64,000 nucleotides of DNA from an uncultured Clostridia bacterium (GTDB taxonomy: Bacteria > CAYTYR01 > UBA6262): the NCBI GenBank assembly GCA_964441745.1, contig CAYTYR010000001.1, positions 130,754 through 194,753 on the forward strand, in the 5' to 3' direction. Of the stretch, positions 36,557-45,559 are shown in pieces. Below the pieces are notes generated by a model. The model saw nothing but the letters and a program-made list of their open reading frames with translations. It was not told the origin of the DNA and did no database searches. The position numbers and the translations under genes were made by a program. Every line of letters starts with the position of its first letter. Positions within the stretch are counted from its first letter, which is position 1.

Positions 36557-37154
36557 ATAATTCTTTTCTTCCTTCTAAAGCTTTGCTTAAGGTCATCTCA
36601 TCAGCATATTCCAGACTGGAGCCTATTGGTAATCCATAGGCAATCCGCATAACTTTCACGCCTAAAGGCTTGATCAAACGGGATAAATAAAGAGCGGTGG
36701 CCTCGCCCTCTACATTAGGGTTGGTAGCTATAATTACCTCTTGCACATTATCTTTTTCGATACGGGTAAGCAGGTCTTTTATTTTCAAGTCCTCCGGCCC
36801 GATACCTTCAATGGGAGAAAGCGCTCCTAACAAGACATGATATACCCCTTTATGCCCCCTGGTTTTTTCCAAGGCGATGACATCAAAAGGCTCTTCCACT
36901 ACGCAAATCCGGTCGTGCTCCCTCTCGCTATCCTGGCAAATAGCACAAGGATCCGTATCAGTCACATTGTTACAAATGGAACAGTACCGGATACTTTCCT
37001 TAGCCAGCTTGATCGCCTCAGCGAGGTCTACCACTTCTTCTTTATTGGTCTTAAGGATATAATAAGCCAGCCGCTCAGCTGTCTTAGGCCCAATGCCAGG
37101 CAGCCGATGCAAAGCTTCAACAAGTTTTTGGAGACTTTGGATCTGATAAACCAT
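36555..37154 (-). CDS. recR: Recombination protein RecR
   Basis: HhH (LPGIGPKTAERLAYYIL), C4 zinc finger (CSICNNVTDTDPCAICQD), Toprim (VVEEPFDVIALEK). Confidence 0.9.
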   Translation of the reverse strand: MVYQIQSLQKLVEALHRLPGIGPKTAERLAYYILKTNKEEVVDLAEAIKLAKESIRYCSICNNVTDTDPCAICQDSEREHDRICVVEEPFDVIALEKTRGHKGVYHVLLGALSPIEGIGPEDLKIKDLLTRIEKDNVQEVIIATNPNVEGEATALYLSRLIKPLGVKVMRIAYGLPIGSSLEYADEMTLSKALEGRKEL

Positions 37155-37160
37155 CTGCTG

Positions 37161-37463
37161 CTACCCTAATCCCGGGATGTTCAGCCCTCCGGAAATTTTC
37201 TTCATTTCACTAGCCATTAAGTCTTGTGATTTCGAAATGGATTCGTTAAAAGCGCGTAAAAAAACCTTTTCCAATTTATCTATGGTGGCCCCATTGAGCA
37301 GGTCCGGATTGATCTTTAACGATTGTACTTCCTGCTTACCATTCATAATGATCTGGACTCCTTGGGAGTCGATCTGAATGGTCTTGTTTTTTAGCTCTTC
37401 TTGCACCTTCTTCATCTGGGATTGCATTTCTTTGGCTTGCTTAAGTAATTTAAACATATCCAC
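37161..37463 (-). CDS. ybaB: Nucleoid-associated protein YbaB/EbfC
   Basis: 100 aa, MQSQMKK…GVQIIMNGKQEV…I.P.LL pattern, located between dnaX and recR. Confidence 0.85.
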   Translation of the reverse strand: MDMFKLLKQAKEMQSQMKKVQEELKNKTIQIDSQGVQIIMNGKQEVQSLKINPDLLNGATIDKLEKVFLRAFNESISKSQDLMASEMKKISGGLNIPGLG

Positions 37464-37468
37464 GCTGG

Positions 37469-39151
37469 TTATTCCCCTTTCTTGATATTATTATTTACTA
37501 TTTCTCCGCCAAATATATCCAGGACCCTGCGGACAACCGGGTCCCCTTCAGCTGGAGTAGTTTCTGTCGCCGGGGGTTGAATATTAATTCCGTTTACTAC
37601 TGTTTCCTCAACTTCTTCGGCTAAAGCAATCTCTTCTTCACCAGCCAGCTCTATCGGCATAGTATTGGCAGTGCCAGTGATAGTGGCAATTTTTATTGGC
37701 TTTTGGAAAACTTGCCGGGCAATCGTTTCAATTATCTTGATGTTTTCTGTGCGTTCTATAGTCTGCTTCTGGAATTTATCTTGCTGGTTAAATTCTAAGG
37801 TTAACATTATGCCGGTCAAATCTTTTACCCTGGCTTGCTCCATAGATGCGGCCAGCCCAGGTTTCTTTTTACGCACTTCTTCGAGCACTGTATGCCACTG
37901 CTGCCGTAAGGGGGTATTCTCTGAAACAGCGTTTGGTTCGGCGACTGCTTCTGATTTAATCAGCGGACTTTTTTTTACTGGTTGTTTAAGGATGGCATTA
38001 TTGCCGCTATTGCCTTTTTCGAGCGCTTCCAAACGACTGATCAAAACATCTATAGCGATATAAGGACGAGCGATGCGTAATAAACCGATTTCTAACACGA
38101 TTTTTGGCTGGTCAGTATATTTCATATCCCGCTCCAGGATTTCCAGCAGCTCAATATACTGCAACAAGGCCTCTTCGCGGATAGAGCTAACCTGGTCCTG
38201 GAGAGTGCTAATTGCTTCAGGGGATAAAGTAATTAATTCCTGCGGCTGGGAGCTGATCTTGGCTATTACTAAATTACGAAAATGCCCGTGCAGGTCTTTG
38301 GTTAATTGATACAGATCAAGGCCTTGTTCCTGGGCTTCCCTGATTAAGGCCAAGATGTCTTGTGCTGCTTGCTTAAAAATGGCGCCACTAAACTTAAGTA
38401 ATAATTCCTGGCTGGTAATCCCTAAAATAGAGCGGGCTGTTGTACCTTCTATTTGTTGCTTGACGCCAACAAAGGATATAACCTGGTCCAGAGTGCTTTG
38501 AGCATCACGCATACTACCTTGCGCCGACTGGCTAATAATATTCAAAGCTTCGTCAGAGATAGTTATTTTTTCTTTAGCGGCAATGGATTTAAGGTGTTTT
38601 TCGATAACGCTAGCAGGGATAAGCTTAAAATTAAAACGCTGACAGCGGGAAAGAATAGTTTCCGGGATTGCCTGGGGTTCAGTAGTAGCGAAGATAAAAA
38701 TAATATGCGCTGGCGGTTCTTCCAAGGTCTTGAGCAGAGCATTAAATCCTTCATTAGTCAGCTGATGTACTTCATCGATGATATAGATCTTATACCTGGC
38801 ATAAGAAGGAGCAAATTTTACATTTTCCCGCAGAGCTTTGATCGCGTCAATACCGCGGTTAGAAGCGCCGTCAATTTCCAATACATCCAAGGAATTGCCC
38901 TCGGTGATTTCCTGGCACAACTGACAGGTATTATCCGGCTCAGATGTAGGCCCTTTTTTACAATTTAAAGCCTTGGCAAAGATCCTGGCAGCAGTGGTCT
39001 TGCCTACACCACGGGGACCGGAAAAAAGATAAGCCTGGCCAATCTTACCGCTGGTAATTGCGTTTTGTAAGGCTTGGGCTACTATTTCCTGTCCAATAAT
39101 GTCGCTAAATACCTGGGGCCTGTATTTTCTCGCCAATACTAAATAACTCAT
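37469..39151 (-). CDS. dnaX: DNA polymerase III subunits gamma/tau
   Basis: GPRGVGKTT Walker A, zinc module CKKGPTSEPDNTCQLCQ, SRC motif (SRCQRF). Confidence 0.9.
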   Translation of the reverse strand: MSYLVLARKYRPQVFSDIIGQEIVAQALQNAITSGKIGQAYLFSGPRGVGKTTAARIFAKALNCKKGPTSEPDNTCQLCQEITEGNSLDVLEIDGASNRGIDAIKALRENVKFAPSYARYKIYIIDEVHQLTNEGFNALLKTLEEPPAHIIFIFATTEPQAIPETILSRCQRFNFKLIPASVIEKHLKSIAAKEKITISDEALNIISQSAQGSMRDAQSTLDQVISFVGVKQQIEGTTARSILGITSQELLLKFSGAIFKQAAQDILALIREAQEQGLDLYQLTKDLHGHFRNLVIAKISSQPQELITLSPEAISTLQDQVSSIREEALLQYIELLEILERDMKYTDQPKIVLEIGLLRIARPYIAIDVLISRLEALEKGNSGNNAILKQPVKKSPLIKSEAVAEPNAVSENTPLRQQWHTVLEEVRKKKPGLAASMEQARVKDLTGIMLTLEFNQQDKFQKQTIERTENIKIIETIARQVFQKPIKIATITGTANTMPIELAGEEEIALAEEVEETVVNGINIQPPATETTPAEGDPVVRRVLDIFGGEIVNNNIKKGE

Positions 39152-39154
39152 TAT

Positions 39155-39769
39155 TTATCCTATGATGTGGGTAATCTTGGAGAGCAACTCGTATTCCAAT
39201 GGTGACCGGGCAGAACTTTCCAATATTCTTTTTATATTAGCCACGCTTTCCGGAATGATCCCGGTGCTTGGTTTAGAAGACGACATTTGCGAGTTAATAG
39301 ATTCTATCGCTAATTGCATTGTTGCTTTTTGCTCTGTGGTTAGATTCATCGGGCCTAGTGAGGCCTTGATCGTCTGTATTATTTCTTTTAACTCTTTGTA
39401 GCGATTTTCACCGATGGTGATAGTATGCGCTCGTTCATAGCTTTCCTGCTGCATTTGCAGATCCATGGATTGTTTGCCTAAAGTATTCCCCCGTGCCGGA
39501 AAATGTGTCGTGGCCTTATCAGGCTCCATTAAGGCTGCTTCTACCTCTTCAGCGCCAGCAAGAGTAATATTAATCAGATTCCCCGGGTCTTGAAACAATA
39601 TTAGTTTCTCATTTTCCAGCTCATGAATAATGTCTTTCAGCAACCCAGGGCTGAATCCTATGGACTCCATTAGTCTATTAAAATGGATCGCATGCCCCTG
39701 CTCTCCTTCGGTTAATTCATATATTTGTCTCATCACCATAAATATCTTTCTTGCTTTCTCTTCAGTCAT
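39155..39769 (-). CDS. Hypothetical protein (204 aa)
   Basis: ORF with operon continuity upstream of dnaX; no motif recognised. Confidence 0.35.
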   Translation of the reverse strand: MTEEKARKIFMVMRQIYELTEGEQGHAIHFNRLMESIGFSPGLLKDIIHELENEKLILFQDPGNLINITLAGAEEVEAALMEPDKATTHFPARGNTLGKQSMDLQMQQESYERAHTITIGENRYKELKEIIQTIKASLGPMNLTTEQKATMQLAIESINSQMSSSKPSTGIIPESVANIKRILESSARSPLEYELLSKITHIIG

Positions 39770-39868
39770 AGCGGGGTCCTTGCTTTTTTATTCTATCTCT
39801 TTTCACCTTAATCTACTGCTTTATAAAGCTCTCCGAGCTTATTTTTAATCTGTGGAATCGTTTTAAAG

Positions 39869-39941
<73 letters not shown>

Positions 39942-39970
39942 AAGCTGCACTTCGCAAGCTACGTTTGCTT

Positions 39971-39997
39971 TTCATAGGGGAAACTAGAGTTTCCCCT
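39971..39997 (-). promoter_or_regulatory. Conserved tRNA-upstream element (TTCATAGG + hairpin AGGGGAAACTAGAGTTTCCCCT) about 30 nt 5' of tRNA-Ala
   Basis: Seen in sequence. Homologous to the elements at 30381 and 40711. Confidence 0.45.
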
Positions 39998-40127
39998 TCT
40001 GACGGTCGGGTGATTGGCTTGCTCCGTTTTCTCAAGCTTTTACAGCACCCTCCCTGTCAACCCCTTCCGGATTTTGGCATAATCACGGTTTATATTAACA
40101 AGGATTACTTATTTTTGCCAGACATAT

Positions 40128-40520
40128 TTATGGTTGAGGCGGAGCTTCTTGTTGTTCGGCTAACCAGTCTTTAGCCTGTTCTTCAGTATCAAATATCCGG
40201 ATGTCCCGATGAGATAGCGCTATTACTGTTTGAAATAATACTTTGGTTTGCGCAGACACTCCGAATAAAGCGCAGGCCAAGACAAATGGTTTATTAAGGT
40301 CTATATATTCTTTAAAAGTTTTTATCATATCCTTATTAACTCTTATTTGCTTAAGATTAGTTAGGACTCTAATGGAATTAGGCGGTTGTTGGGCAATAAT
40401 ATCCCGGGCTTTTTTTATTTCAACAACAAATTCTTCATAAGTGGCTTCCGAAAAATTTATACTCAGGATTTCTTTTTGCTTGTGCCTGATAAACATTACC
40501 CGGGTGTACTGGAGTGGCAT
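40128..40520 (-). CDS. Hypothetical protein (130 aa)
   Basis: ORF between two tRNA genes. No motif recognised. Confidence 0.35.
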   Translation of the reverse strand: MPLQYTRVMFIRHKQKEILSINFSEATYEEFVVEIKKARDIIAQQPPNSIRVLTNLKQIRVNKDMIKTFKEYIDLNKPFVLACALFGVSAQTKVLFQTVIALSHRDIRIFDTEEQAKDWLAEQQEAPPQP

Positions 40521-40592
40521 TATAACCTCTTTGTTTTGTTTAATCTGTGCCGCGCCCGCCGAAGCTTTAGTGGCGGGTAATCGTTTTAAAAA

Positions 40593-40683
40593 CGGAGAGG
40601 CTGGGATTCGAACCCAGGGTACAAGTTTTCACTCGTACAACCGCTTAGCAGGCGGCTGCCTTCAGCCACTCGGCCACCTCTCC
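40593..40683 (-). tRNA. tRNA-Ser (anticodon GCT), class II with long variable arm
   Basis: Acceptor GGAGAGG/CCTCTCC, D-arm GCCGAGTGGCTGAAGGC, anticodon loop CTGCTAA, long variable stem-loop, T-arm GGGTTCGAATCCC. 91 nt. Confidence 0.85.
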
Positions 40684-40710
40684 AATGCTCACTCGCTTCG
40701 TTCGCTCCGC

Positions 40711-40738
40711 TTCATAGGGGGAAATAACCTTTCCCCCT
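40711..40738 (-). promoter_or_regulatory. Conserved tRNA-upstream element (TTCATAGG + hairpin AGGGGGAAATAACCTTTCCCCCT) 28 nt 5' of tRNA-Ser
   Basis: Seen in sequence. Confidence 0.45.
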
Positions 40739-40739
40739 C

Positions 40740-40767
40740 TTGACATTCGGTCGAAATGTTTTATATT
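40740..40767 (+). promoter_or_regulatory. Sigma70-like promoter TTGACA-N16-TATATT firing rightwards into a roughly 330-nt leader ahead of the 41101 gene
   Basis: Consensus -35 and a near-consensus -10 with 16-bp spacing seen on the plus strand. Confidence 0.45.
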
Positions 40768-41100
40768 TTTATCAAGGTTACTAGGCGACACTCACTGTCA
40801 CCCCCTTGCTTCTCTATACTTATACACGTTTTTACAAGCAGACAAGGTTTATATTATGGCTTGCCAGTCGTAGCTTTTAGCGAAGACTGGCGGACGCGGT
40901 TGCCACCAATTCGAACCGCCGGTGAAATAACCGCCACAATCAGGGTCCACCCCGTCCAAAGTATATATTTATATCAAAAACTCTCCCAAAAAGCAAGAGA
41001 ACTTTTTCTATTGGGAATGTCCTACAGCAAAATAGCCAGAACCCTAAAGGTTAGTAAAAATACTATTATCAAGGCTTGCAAAGCCGAAAGGAGCTAAATT

Positions 41101-41304
41101 ATGTCTTGGCCATATATTATCTACAGCCTGCTACATCCAAAAGAAAAGCCTGTATGGGTCAAAATCCGCATCTTACACGAAACCAACAAAGCTATCTTAG
41201 TCTACTGTGGCAGAAAACACTGGATCCCAAAGTCAAGGATCTACGGAATAAGGCTAAGGGATAGTATCTTTGAGATCTGCATTAAAGAAAGTACCATTGG
41301 CTAA
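41101..41304 (+). CDS. Small basic hypothetical protein (67 aa)
   Basis: AAAGGAG SD 7 nt upstream of the ATG. K/R/W-rich. Confidence 0.4.
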   Translation: MSWPYIIYSLLHPKEKPVWVKIRILHETNKAILVYCGRKHWIPKSRIYGIRLRDSIFEICIKESTIG

Positions 41305-41321
41305 TGCTTAATGATTTACAA

Positions 41322-42689
41322 TCATGCGGGGTTCTCTGTATTTTTTGCTTCCAGAGCTAATCTTTTCATCTGCTCAGCCATGTACAGCGGCAGGGTCAAA
41401 ACCTTATCATACCAGGAAAGTTTATCCTGTGAAAAACGAATACCCAGCGCTGAATTCTTTTCTGCCATAAACAGTTTTAGCGACCTCAGCGTGCCGGTCT
41501 TGCCGGCCTTGACTTCCACCGGCAGGATCAAAGCATCCACTGCCGTCACATAATCAACTTCGGCGGAACTGCTTTTTTTATCACGCGCCCAGAAAAAAAG
41601 ACCGGGCTCTAGATAACTGTCGGCATAGGCCAGTAATTCCTGTCCTATAAGTTGTTCCGCCACTGCACCGGCATTAATCTGAATAAAATCAGTCGTTAAG
41701 GCAAGCTCTGACTGCAAACCACAAACATTCTGCATGAGGCCCACATCAAGAAAATTTAATTTGAATTTCGTTTCATTGGTTTGCGCTCCCAAAGGAAGCC
41801 CTGACGCGGCAGTAGCATATACCGGACAAATAATCCCCGCTAATTTCAAGAGATTGAGAGCTTGTTTAATATCTCTTGATTTGCTATCAGGATCAATATT
41901 CGCGTATTTAATGCGACTACCGACCAGTTTTGGAGCTTCAGAAAATACCTTTTGCAGGTATTTATGTTCGGATAATTTCGCATATTTACCAAAATCCCCG
42001 CGATATGTTTGCAATAGAGAACTTTGGATGCGCTGACAATTAACATAATTCTTACTCTCCAGGTAATCTTTGACTACCGCCGGCATACCACCCACTATAA
42101 GATATCTTCGCAATAGCTCCAATAGCTTTTGATGTACCGTATCATCTATTGCGCTATTTAGTTTTATTTCCCGCAGATGACACCGCAGCTGCTCGTTCCC
42201 TGAGGCAGTTAGAAATTCGCCAAAAGACAAAGGCCCGAGATATATATATTGAATCCTTCCTACCGGCATTCTAAAATTGGAGCTGTCAAGAGCAAATTCC
42301 ATCAGTGAGCCGGCTCCGATCACCGCTATTCGGTTACACTTCTCCTTGAAATACCGCAGGGCCATTATTGCGTTGGGACATTCCTGTATCTCATCAAGAA
42401 AAAGCAATGTATTCTCTGCTTCTATCGTCACCCCCATGAGCAGTTGTAATTTATTAATGATCTCAAGAGGATCAAACGTATCAAAACACTGCTTGAGCTC
42501 AGGCCTGAATTCAAAGTTGACGACAACCACATTTTTAAAAGCTTTTTTCCCAAAATCTTCAATAAGGTAGCTTTTACCTACCTGCCGCGCGCCTCGCAGT
42601 AGCAAGGGTAGTCGCTCTTGGTATTCTTTCCATTTAAACAATTCTTGTTCCAAATCTCTTTTCATGGCAATCCCTCTTATAATGGTCAA
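41322..42689 (-). CDS. AAA-family ATPase (AAA_14 + DUF4143 architecture)
   Basis: LLRGARQVGKSYL Walker A, LFLDEIQ Walker B, and the C-terminal DUF4143-like region. Confidence 0.7.
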   Translation of the reverse strand: MTIIRGIAMKRDLEQELFKWKEYQERLPLLLRGARQVGKSYLIEDFGKKAFKNVVVVNFEFRPELKQCFDTFDPLEIINKLQLLMGVTIEAENTLLFLDEIQECPNAIMALRYFKEKCNRIAVIGAGSLMEFALDSSNFRMPVGRIQYIYLGPLSFGEFLTASGNEQLRCHLREIKLNSAIDDTVHQKLLELLRRYLIVGGMPAVVKDYLESKNYVNCQRIQSSLLQTYRGDFGKYAKLSEHKYLQKVFSEAPKLVGSRIKYANIDPDSKSRDIKQALNLLKLAGIICPVYATAASGLPLGAQTNETKFKLNFLDVGLMQNVCGLQSELALTTDFIQINAGAVAEQLIGQELLAYADSYLEPGLFFWARDKKSSSAEVDYVTAVDALILPVEVKAGKTGTLRSLKLFMAEKNSALGIRFSQDKLSWYDKVLTLPLYMAEQMKRLALEAKNTENPA

Positions 42690-42778
42690 TATACAAGGGT
42701 ATTATATACTAATAATGGCTAAAATACAAGGCATAAATTGATTTTATGTTAAAGAAAGAACTCTTGGCTAATGCCTAA

Positions 42779-43885
42779 TTATACCTTATCCGTCTGCGAT
42801 TCTAATATTAAATCTTCATGCCGTTTTACAAAATCTTTTACAAGGTTTAAATGTCCTACTTTAAGCGCCAAAATACCTTTTATTCTTGATAGTCTTTCTG
42901 TTGGCTTAAGAGTATTTTCTTTGTCATCAAGTAACGGTTTCAAATCTGCCAATAGATGCGGCATTATTTTCTTAGCTGATTTCTCAAACCGTATTTTAAA
43001 TTCATCTAAATACTCTGGGATGCCTACTGTCAACAACTGCTCTATCCCTTTTAAGCTCTGTGGCATTGTGTTATTTAACAATGAATTTACTTTGATATAC
43101 GACATCTCTTCTATGAAATGTGAATTTTTCTCTATCTTTGTGAGCGCTGTAGATTTAATATCTTCTACCCTTTGCATGGTAAAAGGGCCATAGGTTGTCC
43201 TTGCTAAGATACCCAATGCCTTAAACAAGGGGAAGCAAGACCCATGTATTTTAGATGAGATTAATACTGGGACACACTGTTCCTTATTTGCTTTTTGAAA
43301 TATATCCCAAATCTGCCAAGAGTCAGGGAACATCCATTCATTCGTATTATGAACTCTAATAAGGATATTACCGGTTTGATCCTCTGTTTTTATTATAAAC
43401 TCAAGGTAGTTTTTGTCCTTATTTAGAAGAAAGTCAATAACCGAATAGATTGATTCCTTAAATATTGATTCAAGCTTTTGTTTCAGAAGCATCATTGTTT
43501 TTTGCGAGTGTATTTGCTGATTAATAGATTCAATTAGGTTATCTTTTATTTTAAATAAATCGGCATGATGAATACCAATATTTGAATAGAAATAATGTTC
43601 TTTTAATGTAATCTCACTTGCTGCAAGCAAATCTTGCCCTTTTTTTGAATCCATGAAAAGAGTAACACTCAACGGATCAAAACGAAGATTTCCTGGCCCA
43701 ACCTCACATAGCCGGTATAGAATACCATCATTATTTAATATATATTCTTCGTTTATAAGGGTTACAAGGCGAACTGATAGATAAACACAAATCTCCTTTG
43801 GATATAGCCTATAAACACTAGCGCTTTTAACTTTTTCCATGACTTCTTTTAGGGCTTTTTTTGTTATTATCTCCTTGTACTGCAT
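42779..43885 (-). CDS. Hypothetical protein (368 aa), no recognisable domain
   Basis: AT-rich ORF with GGAGAG SD. Partner of the downstream DUF4062 protein gene. Confidence 0.4.
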   Translation of the reverse strand: MQYKEIITKKALKEVMEKVKSASVYRLYPKEICVYLSVRLVTLINEEYILNNDGILYRLCEVGPGNLRFDPLSVTLFMDSKKGQDLLAASEITLKEHYFYSNIGIHHADLFKIKDNLIESINQQIHSQKTMMLLKQKLESIFKESIYSVIDFLLNKDKNYLEFIIKTEDQTGNILIRVHNTNEWMFPDSWQIWDIFQKANKEQCVPVLISSKIHGSCFPLFKALGILARTTYGPFTMQRVEDIKSTALTKIEKNSHFIEEMSYIKVNSLLNNTMPQSLKGIEQLLTVGIPEYLDEFKIRFEKSAKKIMPHLLADLKPLLDDKENTLKPTERLSRIKGILALKVGHLNLVKDFVKRHEDLILESQTDKV

Positions 43886-43896
43886 AATATCTCTCC

Positions 43897-43920
43897 AAAG
43901 GTTATAATATTATAACCTTT
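43897..43920. promoter_or_regulatory. Perfect 24-bp palindrome AAAGGTTATAATATTATAACCTTT, 12 bp upstream of the 368-aa gene
   Basis: Seen in sequence. Contains TATAAT in both orientations. Confidence 0.45.
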
Positions 43921-44037
43921 AACTAAATTACTAGTCAATTTTGCTTTCATGACATATTTCATGACATTTCATTATTTCTCGTGACATCCTTCTTCCATTA
44001 CATTTACATGACAAAAGGATTGCTTTCATGACATATA

Positions 44038-45513
44038 TCATTTCGCTTTAAATTTCAAGGCTCGTCCTGATCCTTGCGACACAACAAATCCGCTTTCAGA
44101 TAACACCTTCATATCGCGTACAAATGTTTGGTTACTTACTTTAAAGTGTATCCTATATGTTTTATTTGAAAAAGCCATCTTCTCATTAACCATCAATCTT
44201 AATGTCTCTATCTGCCGTTCATTTAAACCTAACTTTCTAAGATCGGTCTGGCGCTCTTCCGGGATACTCGGCACTAAATCCAGAATCTTGTCTCCGGGAC
44301 CAAAAAAGCGGGTTACAAAGAACTCACCTTCTTCTTCAAACACAGGGACAGACAGCCCATGGGCTTTCATTAGCTTTTTCATTTTGCTGATTCCGGTGCC
44401 AAAGCGCTCCATATCCATGGTTTCATGGAAAATATGACAAATCGCTTCATTGCGCGTAGCATGATGCCCTTCAAGCTTCTTGATATTAAGGCCTGGTAAT
44501 AAACCGCCAGGATTACTAACTTCCACTCGATCATCGAAAATTGAAACCATAATTGGAGCTCCACTTTTTGTGTAATCGCGATGTGCTATGGCATTTATGA
44601 TGGATTCACGCACAGCTTCGTATGGATATTCAGGTATATCGACCCGTTTGAACTCGACGATCTTATTGGCTAATCTAGTATTGCGGATAAAAAAAGATTT
44701 CACTTCATCAAGCATCTTATAAATCGGACCTTTGATTTCCTGTGAGTCAATAAACTCCGAACGAGTCGTTCCTTTATAGCGAGCTATACGTATTTCATGA
44801 TGGGAAATATGTTCAGAAGGAGCTTTTCCAAAGAAAAGAAGAGCGGTATTAGTGGGATGCAAATCCCCATCCTCCTTTCTTATAACCTTAAGGGTGTCAA
44901 TAAGAAATTTCCTTATTGTTGTCTTTGGAATGGCAACTTTCAATTTAACCGCACGATTTTGTAGAAAATCTCTTACTGCCTGCTCATCGATAGACTCATA
45001 TCCAAGATCTCGATGTATTGCTTTATCAAAGGGGCCTTTTGCGGATTCTATTTTATCTTCAAGAAAAGAATTAAGGCTGTCAAGAACTTGTGTTTTTAAT
45101 TCATCAATATTTAGAAAACGCTTATAAATAAAGTTCGTTCTGATATTTTTAACAAAGTTCTGTGTCTCCTGGTCCCGCTTGGAATCATCTGAAGAATCAC
45201 CTTTGATAAATGCAATTATCTCCCTGTCTGAGTGTGTTTTTATAAAATGTTGAAATTCACTTTCCGTAGCAGAGAGATTATCCTTCCCTTTATACCCATA
45301 ATTCTTACCAATTATGCACACGTAAATATTGCTATCAGCGACGTGTTTAAGATAGATTACCGCCGGTGACTTGCCTTTAGCAGGCAGATCTTCAAATAGA
45401 AAAACATCAAAAAACCTTTTAAGCGTGGCATTTCTTTCTACTACTTCTTTTATGGCAAAGCGTTCAGCTTTTAGTTCTTTCTGATTTGCGCTTACGAATA
45501 TTTTATATTTCAT
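44038..45513 (-). CDS. DUF4062 - AlbA_2/Schlafen-like divergent-AAA - HATPase_c_4 fusion protein (COG2865-type, putative DNA-binding/defence-associated)
   Basis: N-terminal MKYKIFVSANQKELKAERFAIKEVV matches DUF4062. The central KVAIPKTTIRKFL…GDLHPTNTALLFFG matches the AlbA_2 domain. The C-terminal IINAIAHRDY…GAPIMVSIFDDRVEVSNPGGL matches RecG-C/HATPase_c_4. Confidence 0.6.
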   Translation of the reverse strand: MKYKIFVSANQKELKAERFAIKEVVERNATLKRFFDVFLFEDLPAKGKSPAVIYLKHVADSNIYVCIIGKNYGYKGKDNLSATESEFQHFIKTHSDREIIAFIKGDSSDDSKRDQETQNFVKNIRTNFIYKRFLNIDELKTQVLDSLNSFLEDKIESAKGPFDKAIHRDLGYESIDEQAVRDFLQNRAVKLKVAIPKTTIRKFLIDTLKVIRKEDGDLHPTNTALLFFGKAPSEHISHHEIRIARYKGTTRSEFIDSQEIKGPIYKMLDEVKSFFIRNTRLANKIVEFKRVDIPEYPYEAVRESIINAIAHRDYTKSGAPIMVSIFDDRVEVSNPGGLLPGLNIKKLEGHHATRNEAICHIFHETMDMERFGTGISKMKKLMKAHGLSVPVFEEEGEFFVTRFFGPGDKILDLVPSIPEERQTDLRKLGLNERQIETLRLMVNEKMAFSNKTYRIHFKVSNQTFVRDMKVLSESGFVVSQGSGRALKFKAK

Positions 45514-45559
45514 TCCCCAGCCCTTTGAGATTTATTGTTGTTCTCGGACTCTTAAATAC

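Noticed and set aside
40756-41097. 113-aa plus-strand ORF called as a gene
   Set aside because: It starts inside the promoter -10, has no SD, and its first 80 residues are low-complexity. Only the last 30 aa (an HTH) look protein-like. It is treated as a decayed remnant or leader RNA rather than a CDS.
43947-44035. TTCATGACAT repeat array as a CRISPR-like or tandem-repeat element
   Set aside because: Units are short and irregularly spaced within a 90-bp AT-rich spacer. It is better interpreted as clustered regulator half-sites, so it is reported under the two-gene finding instead.
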